The translations under genes and the position numbers were made by a program. The notes beneath the pieces were generated by a model. The model was not told the origin of the DNA. It was given only the letters and a program-made list of their open reading frames with translations, and ran no database searches. This document shows positions 1 through 13,946 of a stretch of 64,000 nucleotides of DNA, in pieces. Origin of the DNA: the human T2T-CHM13v2.0 reference genome, Homo sapiens; assembly GCF_009914755.1 (NCBI RefSeq), contig NC_060925.1. The stretch is one strand, 5' to 3'. Numbering within the stretch: position 1 is the first letter of the stretch; each line of letters starts with the position of its first letter.

Positions 1-407
1 GAAAGATAATGTGAGTGCATTCTTGTTCAATGGCTGAAATTAATGTCACATTTATAAATATCTAGAAATGTAGAGGATACGATTTAATTAAATAAAATGC
101 AGTTTTTGAGGGTGTGATTCATGAAACTCAAGATTGAGTCTGCTCCCTATCTTACATAATAATGGATAAAAAGGTGCCAATTATATATCTGAAGATAAAA
201 GTCTACTTGTTCCCTGTTTCTAGCTGTTGATGTCTTCCTGTTCTTTCCTACCTGACTTCTTCCAACCCTAATACAAGAAAAAATCTGTTCTATTCTGATT
301 CCACAAATCATATGATTACATAAAGCACATACTTATGTTTTAGAAATCTTGTAAGTCAACAGTGTTGCTGTTAATCACAAGTACTCTAGAGAGATAAGAA
401 ATTTGAG

Positions 408-688
<281 letters not shown>

Positions 689-954
689 AGAAATTTGAAA
701 CGTTTGATCGGAATGCAAAACTGCTGGTTTTCATTTCATGTCTTATTTTATATGTTCTATTATAAAATTATGTGGGCCAGTTATTTAATGAATTTTTGTA
801 CATCTCAGAAGATAAGTAAAAATTAAAAAATTGGAAACATATATTTTAGTAATAAATCACAGTCATAGCAATACTCTTGATTTGCTACCTAATGTGGCTC
901 AGTTTTAGAAAGGGGTCAGCGGTGATGGGAGATACATCATCACTCATGGCCATT

Positions 955-1803
955 GCCTTAGTCTGTTTGGGCTGCTATAACAGAAAACGATAGACTAAGT
1001 GGCTTATAAACAACAGAAATTTATTTCTTATAGGACTGGGAAGTCCAAGATCTAGACACTTATAGATTCTTTGTCTAGTGAGGGCCTTTTCCTTGGTTCA
1101 TCAATGGTGCATTCTCGTTGTGTCCTCAGATAATGGAAGAAGGAAATAAGCTCCCTGGGACCTATCTGATAAAGGCTCCTGTTCATAAGGGCTTCACCTT
1201 CATGATCTAATGACCTTCCAAAGGCCCTAACTCCTAATACCATCACCTTCATGATCTAATGACCTTCCAAAGGCCCTGACTCCTAATACCATCACCTTCA
1301 TGATCTAATGACCTTCCAAAGGCCCTGACTCCTAATACCATCACCTTCATGATCTAATGACCTTCCAAAGGCCCTGGCTCCTAATACCATCACCTTCATG
1401 ATCTAATGACCTTCCAAAGGCCCTGACTCCTAATACCATCACCTTCATGATCTAATGACCTTCCAAAGGCCCTGACTCCTAATACCATCACCTTCATGAT
1501 CTAATGACCTTCCAAAGGCCCTGGCTCCTAATACCATCACCTTCATGATCTAATGACCTTCCAAAGGCCCTGACTCCTAATACCATCACCTTCATGATCT
1601 AATGACCTTCCAAAGGCCCTGGCTCCTAATACCATCACCTTCATGATCTAATGACCTTCCAAAGGCCCTGGCTCCTAATACCATCACCTTCATGATCTAA
1701 TGACCTTCCAAAGGCCCTGGCTCCTGATACCATCACCCTTGAGATTAGGATTTAACATGTGAACTTGAGCGGGAAGGGATCACAAATATTCAGTTCATAG
1801 CAG
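955..1803 (-). mobile_element. MaLR LTR (MLT1A/MST-like) containing the VNTR
   Basis: ttagtctgtttgggctgctataacagaa...ggcttataaacaacagaaatttatttct...gggaagtccaagat...attcagttcatagca resembles the MLT1A/MST consensus in reverse. Confidence 0.8.
1192..1737. repeat. Minisatellite/VNTR, 11 x 49 bp (CATCACCTTCATGATCTAATGACCTTCCAAAGGCCCTGRCTCCTAATAC)
   Basis: Eleven near-identical head-to-tail units counted directly, plus a 7 nt partial unit. Confidence 0.97.
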
Positions 1804-1848
1804 CCACATTTTTGGAAAAAGACAATATGTTTAAGAAAAGATTAATAA

Positions 1849-2323
<475 letters not shown>

Positions 2324-2589
2324 GATATCAAAGTTTAATGCTGGCATTTCCCACTAGGCTTATGTTTATTCACTTTATGGGAGAAACAACAATAAAAGAG
2401 AAAACAGTTTATTAACAACAGACCCTGCTTTATAAATAAAATATGCACTCCTGCCTGCTCTGGTCTGTCTGTCCCCCTCAAAGCTCACGTGTTGAAAGCT
2501 TACTCCCCAGTGTGATGCTATTAGGAGGTGGGGGCTTTGCGAAGTGACCATGTATGAGGGTGAAGCTCTCATTAATGGGATTAGTGTTC

Positions 2590-2591
<2 letters not shown>

Positions 2592-2625
<34 letters not shown>
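2592..2625. repeat. (TG)17 microsatellite at the position of the Alu tail
   Basis: Read directly. Confidence 0.95.
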
Positions 2626-2626
<1 letters not shown>

Positions 2627-2942
2627 CAGTCTCACTCTGTTGCCCAGACTGGAGTGCAATGGCGCAATCTCGGGTCACTGCAACCTCCGCCTCCAAAGGC
2701 CCCTACCTTTGGAGGGCCTCAAATTGCTTGAGTTGCTGGGTTCAAGCGATTCTCCTACCTCAGCCTCCTGAGTAGCTGGGATTACAGGCATGCACCACCA
2801 CGCCCGGCTAATTTTGTACTTTTAGTAGGGCCAGCTTTTGCCATTTTGGCCAGCCTGGTCCCAAACTCCTGACCTCAGGTGATCCACCTGCCTTGGCCTC
2901 CCAAAGTGCTGGGATAAGAGGCATGAACCACTGCGTCAGGCC
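2626..2942 (-). mobile_element. Alu (S-type) with a ~41 nt non-Alu insertion
   Basis: Alu consensus in reverse; extra sequence at 2695-2735. Confidence 0.93.
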
Positions 2943-3612
2943 TAGTGCTCTTATAAAAGAGGCCGAAGGAAGCTTGTTTGCCCCTCCCACCAGGTGAGGA
3001 CACAGTAGGAAGATGGCTGTCTATGAACCAGGAAGGGGGCCCTCATCGGACACTGAATCTGCCAGCATCTTGATCTTGGACTTCTCAGCTTCTAGAACTG
3101 TGAGAGATAAATTTATTTTGCTTATAAGCTACCCACCCAGTTTGTGGCATTTTGTTATAGCTGACTATAACGGACTGAAATGCTGCCTCCACTTCTATGC
3201 CTATTTCCTCATCTGTAAAATGAGGATAATAATAGTACTTATTTTCAAATTTTGTTGTGAAGAATGATACAAGTAAATTGCTTAAAACTATTTATGGATC
3301 ATTTTGTGCACTCAGTTTATGTTGGCTATTACCTCATTATACTATCATTATAATTATTAACACTATCATTATATGCTCTCTTCATTAAGATACCCAAACC
3401 CAGAGTCACTATTCTGACTCTAAAAGGACAGAAAGTTATAAATTAAAAGCTAAAATCATACTGCTTTTCCACCCCAATCCTGGGCAATAAGCTAATCAAA
3501 TGATGTTGAAATAAAAAAGATTCAGTTCTTAAATACAATGCCATTTCCTGTGTTTACTACTGTAGTCTCTGTGCTATGAATAGAATTGTATACACATGTG
3601 CATATATACCTA

Positions 3613-4083
<471 letters not shown>

Positions 4084-4121
4084 TTAATGTGATTTGGTTC
4101 AAAATTCTGGGAAGAAGAATG

Positions 4122-4460
<339 letters not shown>

Positions 4461-4810
4461 TCAGATACAGTCATTTTTTTATTTGAACAATGACATCTAC
4501 TGTTGTCTTTATCAATTTATAAAAAAAAAAAAACATGGTTCTCTTTCTATGGTTTTGTTTTTATTTTTTCAAATATCCTCAAATCCTCAAAGCTACTAGT
4601 ACTTGGCCTGATATGGACTTCATTAAAAATTGGATGATACAAGTTAAGCCCGACAAACTCTTGTCCCAGGAAATAATTAAAAAATACTTTTTCATAGCAG
4701 CCCAGAGAGAAATACAGGCCCACAGTAAACCTGGGGCTTTGTGATATTAGCATAACAATGGGCAAAAATGAGAAAACATACAGGTGTATTTTAACAACAA
4801 AACTCTGTGT

Positions 4811-5112
4811 GGACCAGGCGAGGTGGCTCAGGCCTGTAACCCCCGCACTTTGGGAGGCCAAGGCTGGCGGATCACCTGAGGTCAGGAGTTCGAGACCAGT
4901 CTGGCCAACATGGTGAAACCCCATCTCTACTAAAGATACAAAAATTAGCCAGGTGTGGTGGCAGGTGCCTGCAATCTCAACTACTCAGGAGGCTGAGGCA
5001 GGGAGAATCGCTTGAACCCAGGAGGCGGAGGTTGCAGTGAGGTGAGATTGCGCCACTGCACTCATCCTGGGTGACAGAGCGAGACTCTGTCTCAACAAAC
5101 AAACAAACAAAA
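4811..5112 (+). mobile_element. AluS
   Basis: Consensus, (AAAC)n tail, TSD CTCTGTGTG. Confidence 0.95.
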
Positions 5113-5210
5113 CCTCTGTGTGTGGTATAGATTTATCAAATGTGCAATAAGGATATTTGTTTTGTATATTGAGACAACTAAAAGGCAAACTTGGGTACAA
5201 CTAACAGTTA

Positions 5211-5708
<498 letters not shown>

Positions 5709-5893
5709 TCACTCCTCCACTGCAATGTATTAAGTTAAAAAGAACACGATCACTTCCAGGGAAGTACACGTGGTACGGTATTTGCATGTCAGCCATTTTG
5801 GAACAATCATTTTCAGTGCAGTTCCTTGGATGCTGTATGGAACCAGCTCCTGCCAATGATCTTTTCCCAATTTTTCCAAATTGAAGAATCTGA

Positions 5894-6209
<316 letters not shown>

Positions 6210-6826
6210 AAATATGAGACATTTTTATAGCTAAGTTTTAAAGTCTTAATTCCAGAAATGAAAAGGGCTAACAAACCCTATCAATGGCACTTTTAAAAAA
6301 CGAAATTGCTTACAATAATTCTATGCGAATAATACTTATTTTTAACCCAATGATTACATATGTGTTATGTGATTTAAACTCTTCCTGTCAGATTCTAAAG
6401 GAAACAGATTATAGTGGAAACAAATCTATAGAGAAAGACAAATATACTCAGAACATAACAAAAACTCAAGATCCTGTGCGATTTTGTAATATCTGGTTAA
6501 TGGAAATATGCTAGAAAAAGCAGCATATAATCAGTTTCAGGACAAAATAAACCTGAGACTTCAGCTGGCACGTAAGTGAACAGAGAGCATCATCCTAGTC
6601 TATAATACAATAATTACATAAACAAAGAGAGTTCTCTAGTGTGTCACAATAAAACTTCCCCTCAACCAAACCAATTCCTTTCTGTCCTAAATGGTTTGCA
6701 GAGATTTTGTTATAATTAGGGACAACACTCTCAAAACAAAAATAACAACCTATGTATTTGTCCTTAACTTTTCCAAGTGAGCTATCAAAGGTATAAATTT
6801 TAACTGACTTTAAAAACATCATTCTT

Positions 6827-7194
<368 letters not shown>

Positions 7195-7365
7195 TCAGTA
7201 GGAATTGATGAAGGCCAGGCTCTTAGCTATAGCCTGAGAGCCTGGGGCATTAGGGAGATGGAAGCAACTTCCTACATTCTTCTCCTGCAATCCCTTCTTC
7301 ACAAAGGAAATAGAGAGAAGCTATGTTTGCTTTAGTTACTAAGCCCACTTATTTTATTGCTGTCA

Positions 7366-7709
<344 letters not shown>

Positions 7710-7844
7710 CACAGTAGTCTTTTCTAGTATACAGGACACTGAAGAGATTGAGCAGAAATAAAGGGGCAGATTTTTAAAGGGTGGCTATGAAACAGATTAC
7801 AGAGAAGAGTAGAAAGTTATCAACATCTTTTAGATTTTTTTTGA

Positions 7845-8142
7845 GGCCGGGTACGATGTCTCACGCCTGTAATCCCAGCACTCTGGGAGGTAGAGGCGGG
7901 CAGATCACGAGGTCAGGAGATTGAGACCATCCTGGCTAACACAGTGAAACCTCGTCTCTACAAAAAAAAAATACAAAAAGAATTAGCCGGGCGTGGTGGC
8001 GGGCGCCTGTAGTCCCAGCTACTCAGGAGGCTGAGGCAGGAGAATGGCGTGAACCCGGGAGGCGGAGCTTGCAGTGAACCAAGATTGCTCCACTGCGCTC
8101 CAGCCTGGGCAACAGAATAAGACTCCGCCTCAAAAAAAAAAA
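7845..8142 (+). mobile_element. AluY
   Basis: AluY diagnostics (ccatcctggctaac, agaatggcgtgaacccgggaggcggagcttgc). Confidence 0.93.
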
Positions 8143-8440
8143 GATTTTTTTTTTTTTGAAAAAAAATTTAACCTCCATTTTCGCTATCCTTTTGCAATTC
8201 CTGCTTGTTTGTCTCCAGCCACTGCCTCCGAGTCTCTCCCATATGTTGCTGTAGACTGGGATGGATATTCTTGAGTGCCTTGTAGGCTGCAGAGACTATG
8301 GAGAGGCACTGGGGATAAGAAAGGTAAAATCTTATCGTTGCCCTTCCACTGGTTTATGTGATCCAACTGTCTCACCAGATGCTCAACCCCACAGCTATGT
8401 TAATAAAAAGAACTGACCATATGGTGGTAAAATGAGATGC

Positions 8441-8640
8441 TATTGGACCAGAGATAGGGAATGTTTTTAGGAGAGTCTGAGCTAAAGGATGTTATCTGTT
8501 TATTATTTTACTCTCATGTTGAAAAATGCCTTTTCCACTTATTGAACCAGGGATAGGCAGTGCTCTTAGCAGAGTCTAAACTAAGGGATGCTAGATGTTT
8601 GTTATTTTACTCTCATGTTGAAAATTCCCGTTTCACTTAT
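8441..8640. repeat. Diverged tandem duplication, 2 x ~99 bp
   Basis: TATTG.ACCAG.GATAGG... at 8441 and 8540; shared core TTATTTTACTCTCATGTTGAAAA. Confidence 0.88.
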
Positions 8641-11600
8641 AAATATAAACATCTTTGCCTGGATTTCCAAATCCTTCACTACCTGGGTTCCGTGGCCTTT
8701 CAGACTCTTTACTGTTACCCACGAAGTGGTTCTTTGGCTGGCCCTTGTGCCTGCTGCTCTCTCCGCTGGTCACCTGTTTGTGCATGTACCTGTTCAGACC
8801 CTATCCACTCTTCAAAGATGAACTTCCTATCTATGTCCTTGCTAAAGCTTTCTAACTATCCCTAAACTCCTCCGGTTCCCTCTTTGAATTCTTCTTGCTG
8901 GTAGAACCTGCATTAGCACTTTTATATGCCTTCTTACGTGATTTTGTAAGTCATCTGGCCTGATGAAGTGATAACGGACAGCTGTTAAACATTAATATTA
9001 TAGCAGTCTCCAAATAAGTAGTTGATTATTTGCAAGAGCTGAGCTCCTTGGCTGCAAATCTCATTAAGGGAATAAACTTCTAGAAATCAGGGTAATGAGA
9101 TTCCAAGGTCTTGGGAAAATTAACTTTTAATTTGGGGGAGGAGAGACATGGTGGAGAGAGGGATGGGGGTCACTGGTCACACCCTAAATGTTAACAGATT
9201 GACTAATAGAATCAGAATATTTTCAAGTAGGCAGGTGCTAAGAAGGAATTCAAGCTAGGCTAGGTGTTAGGGAAGCTCTTGCACAATTTAAATGAAATCA
9301 GTTCTTCCAGGTAAACTTACAAGTGAGTTTGCTGAAACATAGTGAATAATTTTTATAAAACTGTGGAGGTGGGTGAGTTCCTAGAATGTTAAAGATAAGC
9401 TCGAATTCTTGAGAATTAAGATGGCAAGGACAAGAGGAAGAGGATTCTGTAGTTAGTTTTGAAACTGTCATATTTAATGTTGAATGCTGAAAAATATTCT
9501 AGTACTACGTACTAAAAAGAGATAGCTTATGAACACATATACATTTAAGTACTGGTCACTAGCTTCCTAAGAGAATTGAGAAAGAATAAGTATAGCCAAA
9601 TACTTTCATTTTCTTAAAATATTTTTCCATAATAAAACCAGTATGTGTTCACTAAAGAAAATGAAGAAAACATAGAAAAAAGAGAAGAAATAAATATTAC
9701 TTGAAATATGATCATTTACATTCTATTATGTCCTTCTACCTTTTTATACACAGATACATGTTTAAAATTTTTTTTACAAAACTGAAATTATACTGTGCAT
9801 GGTACTATGTCATATTCTGAATAACGTGTGTATTAAAGAGATTACATTTTGTTCAATTACCCATGTTATGGATGTTTCTTCAAAAATAATGTTGTTTTAC
9901 CAACTAAATGCATTAGTTGGTAAGGAAATCAATTTAGAGAGATGCAACCAACATTTAGAAAAAAATTAAGTACAGAATACATTTTAAAAATCAGATTGCA
10001 TTGCACATAAGGGAATGTATTGTTATTTCAGTTCTATGTACATATAAACACACACAAATACAGTTTATACAGTAACCATATATATGTACACACACACATA
10101 TACAAATACGCACAAACACATGTATGTGTCGATCAAATGTGGCTACTCTGGGCACACTGCCTATGGATTAGCCCTGCTCTGCAAGGAACAATAGAAAAAT
10201 TAATATTTTTTTAAAAATGTGTCAAATATGGGTATCATTAAAAGAAACAAAAGCCAATGCTTTAAAATATAATTTTTAACATTCGTATAACATTCCAACA
10301 GTAGATATGTCTTGATACAGTTAAGAAATTCACAATTGTTGTACTTTCAGATTGTGTTCTATATTTGACAATTATATAATGCAACAAATATTTTTTATAT
10401 GTGGGAACACCTGGGTTTTTTTTAGGATTAAACTACTAGAACTTGAATTACTGATTCAAAGTGAGAGATTTTTGACCTTCTGGCACATTCTGTCAAATTC
10501 TATTCGACAAAAGTGATAGCAATTCAGACTTTTATGAGCACTGTATGAGATCACCTATTTTCTTAACCCCTTTCTGATACTAGATGTTATCATATTAACA
10601 AAACACATCTATTTGGAGGAAAAAGTGATTGTGCTGCTTTCTGAATTTTACTTGGGTATTAATAACAATAGGTTTTCTTTTTTGTTTTCTCACATATCAA
10701 TGTACTGTTTGTATTTCTTTTGTTAAAATTGCCTAAGTCCCTCCCTCATTCTTCTAATGGTGTGTTGCTCTTACGACATTATATGTTTGCAAGGAGCTCC
10801 CTGTAGACCCTGTATTACATTTTGGTCTGTCATAGAGATGCTCCTTTATTCATTTTAAAAAGGAGTTTACCAGATTTGAGCACAGGAACTTGCTTTAAAC
10901 AAAAGACCTTCGGCTACGTAAGGCACGCAGCAGGATTTGCAGTATCTCTGTGATTGAAAAAGAGAAAGATGTGCTTCATAACTAAACAAACAATGACCTT
11001 CAAAGTGTGCTATTAGGGCAGTGGAATTCTGTCTTCCTCCCTGTTCCTTATGGTATTTTAATCAGTAATTTGAAAGATTAAACTGATGAAATTCTGATAA
11101 AATGTATGTATGATCTACATATGATAACCTTGGTTTAAAGACTGAGTAACAAAGAAATACTTCAAAAAATTATGTAAAGCTTTAAAAATGAGCTATAACT
11201 CACAAGATAAATTTAGTGGAAAGAAGGGTAAAGAGCCAACATACACTAAAGTGAATAAGTAAACAATGAACGAAGAAACCTAGCAGCAAAACACAAAATT
11301 AGGGACATGTAATCTCAGCACATGAGAAAAAAAATCCAATTTTTAAAGTATTTTATTTTAAGCCCCAAATGACATTACATGTTGCTCTGGTTGGGGGAAG
11401 TTGATGCAATTTTCAGGTTAGATTTTAAAAGTTATAATATATGCTGGCTGGGCCATATCTCAAATATTGTGTTTGGTTACGATTACGAGGCCTATTGATG
11501 AACTGGAACACATGTACAAAGTGAGCAAACAGCAGGATGAAAGAACAGGAAATTATTAAATGGGACAACATTAGAAGCTCACTTTCCCATTTTAAGTGTC

Positions 11601-11934
11601 ACTCAGATTTAATTTGCTAGCAACATTTAAGACATCTTTATCAAGTGTTTTTGTGTTCAGCTTAATTTTCACAGAAATATCTTTTTCTTTTTATACTCAA
11701 ATTTCGACAGGTTTATTTTAATAAAGTACTTAAATGCAGTATGCCATATATTTAATTATAAACAGCTATGGGAACAAATGGAACAAAACAAACAAAAATG
11801 GACTCTTATACTATACAGTTCAATGGGTGGTTGCAGAAATGTGAGGACCTAATTGGACAGCAGCATCTCAGCTGTGACATTTGTGGCTCTTGACATTCAC
11901 TGTGGAGAAAGTGAAGAGCATTGGTACATCTAGG

Positions 11935-12128
11935 GCAGTGGTTTTCAAAGTGTGGTCTTAAAATCAGCAGCATCAGCATCACTGAGAATTGGTTAAACAT
12001 GAAAACACTTGAATTGGATCCATCAGAAAATGACTTACGTAGACTTTCTGAAAGATGGAGTCCAGCAATCTGTGTTATCATGAGCACTCCAGGTGATTCT
12101 GATGTGTCTCAAGTGAGAACTGCGGATG
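11935..12128. mobile_element. MER5A-like hAT DNA transposon relic
   Basis: cagtggttttcaaagtgtggtc...agcagcatcagcatcac...ccaggtgattctgatg. Confidence 0.7.
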
Positions 12129-12341
12129 TTTAGTAAGGAGAGATCAGCTGGGAATACTTCTATTTGTGTGATGATTTTTAAACTGTATGGTTTTGGGATG
12201 CTTGTAACCAATGCGGAGCAGAGACAAAGACAGAATAATTCTAATGTAATCAGAGATGAGGTTACAAATCTGCATTTGCCAAGCCCCTGGTGATTTTTGA
12301 GGTATGGATAGTTGGACTACACTTAGAAAAATAATGAAGTA

Positions 12342-13778
12342 GGCAGGGTGTGGTGGTTCACGCCTGTAATCCCAGCACTTTGGGAGGCCAAGGTGGGTGG
12401 ATCACTTGAGGTCAGGCATTTGAGACCAGCCTTGCCAACATGGTGAAACCTCCTCTCTACTAAAAATACAAAAATTAGCCAAGTGTGGTGGCGCATTGTT
12501 GTGGGAAATCAGGGACCCTGAATGGAGGGACCGGCTGAAGCCATGGCAGAAGAACATAAATTGTGAAGATTTCATGGACATTTATTAGTTCCCCAAATTA
12601 ATACTTTTATAATTTCTTATGCCTGTCTTTACTGCAATCTCTGAACATAAATTGTGAAGATTTCATGGACACTTACCACTTCCCCAATCAATACCCTTGT
12701 GATTTCCTATGCCTGTCTTTACTTTAATCTCTTAATCCCGTCATCTTCATAAGCTGAGGAGGATGTATGTCGCCTCAGGACCATGTGATGATTGCGTTAA
12801 CTGTACAAATTGTTGTAGAGCATGTGTGTTTGAACAATATGAAATCTGGGCACCTTGAGAAAAGAACAGGATAACAGCAATGTTCAGGGAACAAGAGAGA
12901 TCACCTTAAACTCTGACTGCTGGTGAGCCAGGCAGAACAGAGCCATATTTCTCTTCTTTCAAAAGCAAATGGGAGAAATATCGCTGAATTCTTTTTCTCA
13001 GCAAGGAACATCCCTGAGAAACAGAATGTGTCCCTGAGGGGAGGCCTCTGAAATGGCCGCTTTGGGGATGGCTATCTTTTACGGTCGTAGCTGTGGGATG
13101 AAATAAGCCCTGGTCTCCTGTAGCGCTCCCAGGCTTATTAGGATGAGGAAATTACCGCCTAATAAATTTTGGTCAGACCAGTTGTCTGCTCTCAAACCCT
13201 GTTTCCTGATAAGATGTTATCAGTGACAATGCCTGCCCAAAACTTCATTAGCAATTTTAATTTCACCCCGGTCCTGTGGTCCTGTGATCTCGCCCTGCCT
13301 CCATTTACCTTGTGATATCTTATTACCTTGTGAAGCATGTGATCTCTGTGACCCACACCCTATTCATACACTCCCTCCCCTTTTGAAAATCACTAATAAA
13401 AACTTGCTGGTTTTGCGGCTTGTGGGGCATCACGGAACCTGCTGACATGTGATATCTCCCCCAGTCACCCAGCTTTAAAATTTCTCTCTTTTGTACTCTG
13501 TCCCTTTATTTCTCAGACCAGCTGACACTTAGGGAAAATAGAAAAGAACCTATGTGAAATATCGGGGGTGAATTTCGCCCAATAGCGCATGCCTGTAATC
13601 CAAGCTATTTGGGAGGCTGAAGCAGGAGAATCACTTCAGCTGGGGAAGTGGAAGTTGCAGGGAGCCGAAATCACGCCACTGCACTCCATCCTGGGTAACA
13701 GACTGAGACTCTGTCTCAAAAAACAAAAACAAAACAAAACAAAACAAAAACAAAAAGGAAAGAAATAAAAAAATAAAA
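12342..13778 (+). mobile_element. AluS split by the MER11 LTR (Alu parts 12342-12496 and 13591-13778)
   Basis: The Alu resumes at gcctgtaatcc after the LTR; outer TSD AATGAAGTAG. Confidence 0.93.
12497..13584 (+). mobile_element. MER11 (probably MER11C) solo LTR of HERV-K(HML8)
   Basis: Starts TGTTGTGGGAAATCAGGGACCC..., has an internal ~91 bp repeat GAACATAAATTGTGAAGATTTCATGGACA (12552, 12643), AATAAA at 13395, and a 6 bp TSD GCGCAT. Confidence 0.9.
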
Positions 13779-13813
13779 TGAAGTAGAGTTTTCTTTTTTT
13801 AATTTATAAATTT

Positions 13814-13946
13814 GTTTTTTATAGAGACCAGATCTATTTTGTTGCCCAGGCTGATCTTGAACTCCTGGCCTTAAGTGATCCCCACAACCCCTTGCCTCAG
13901 CCTCCCAAAGTGCTGGGATTACAGGCACAAGCCACTGTGCCCAGCC
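13814..13946 (-). mobile_element. FLAM/Alu left monomer
   Basis: Monomer consensus in reverse. Confidence 0.85.

Larger units (their letters stand above)
2455..3178 (+). mobile_element. MaLR LTR (MLT1A/MST-like) interrupted by an Alu
   Basis: tgtgatgctattaggaggtggggg...gccagcatcttgatcttggacttctcagc...; the Alu sits between TAGTGTTCTT/TAGTGCTCTT target-site copies. Confidence 0.78.

Noticed and set aside
1-400. RGS7 terminal exon or 3' UTR
   Set aside because: The expected terminal coding sequence (GKSLTSKRLTSLAQSY, from memory) was not found on the minus strand; it probably lies left of the window
1192-1737. CRISPR-like array
   Set aside because: Units are contiguous with no unique spacers, derive from a MaLR LTR, and there are no cas genes; the context is eukaryotic
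9600-10800. Probable ancient L1M remnants (likewise L2/L3-like pieces at about 11.3-11.6, 14.0-14.3, 59.8-60.1 and 63.3-63.7 kb)
   Set aside because: Too diverged to delimit reliably by eye
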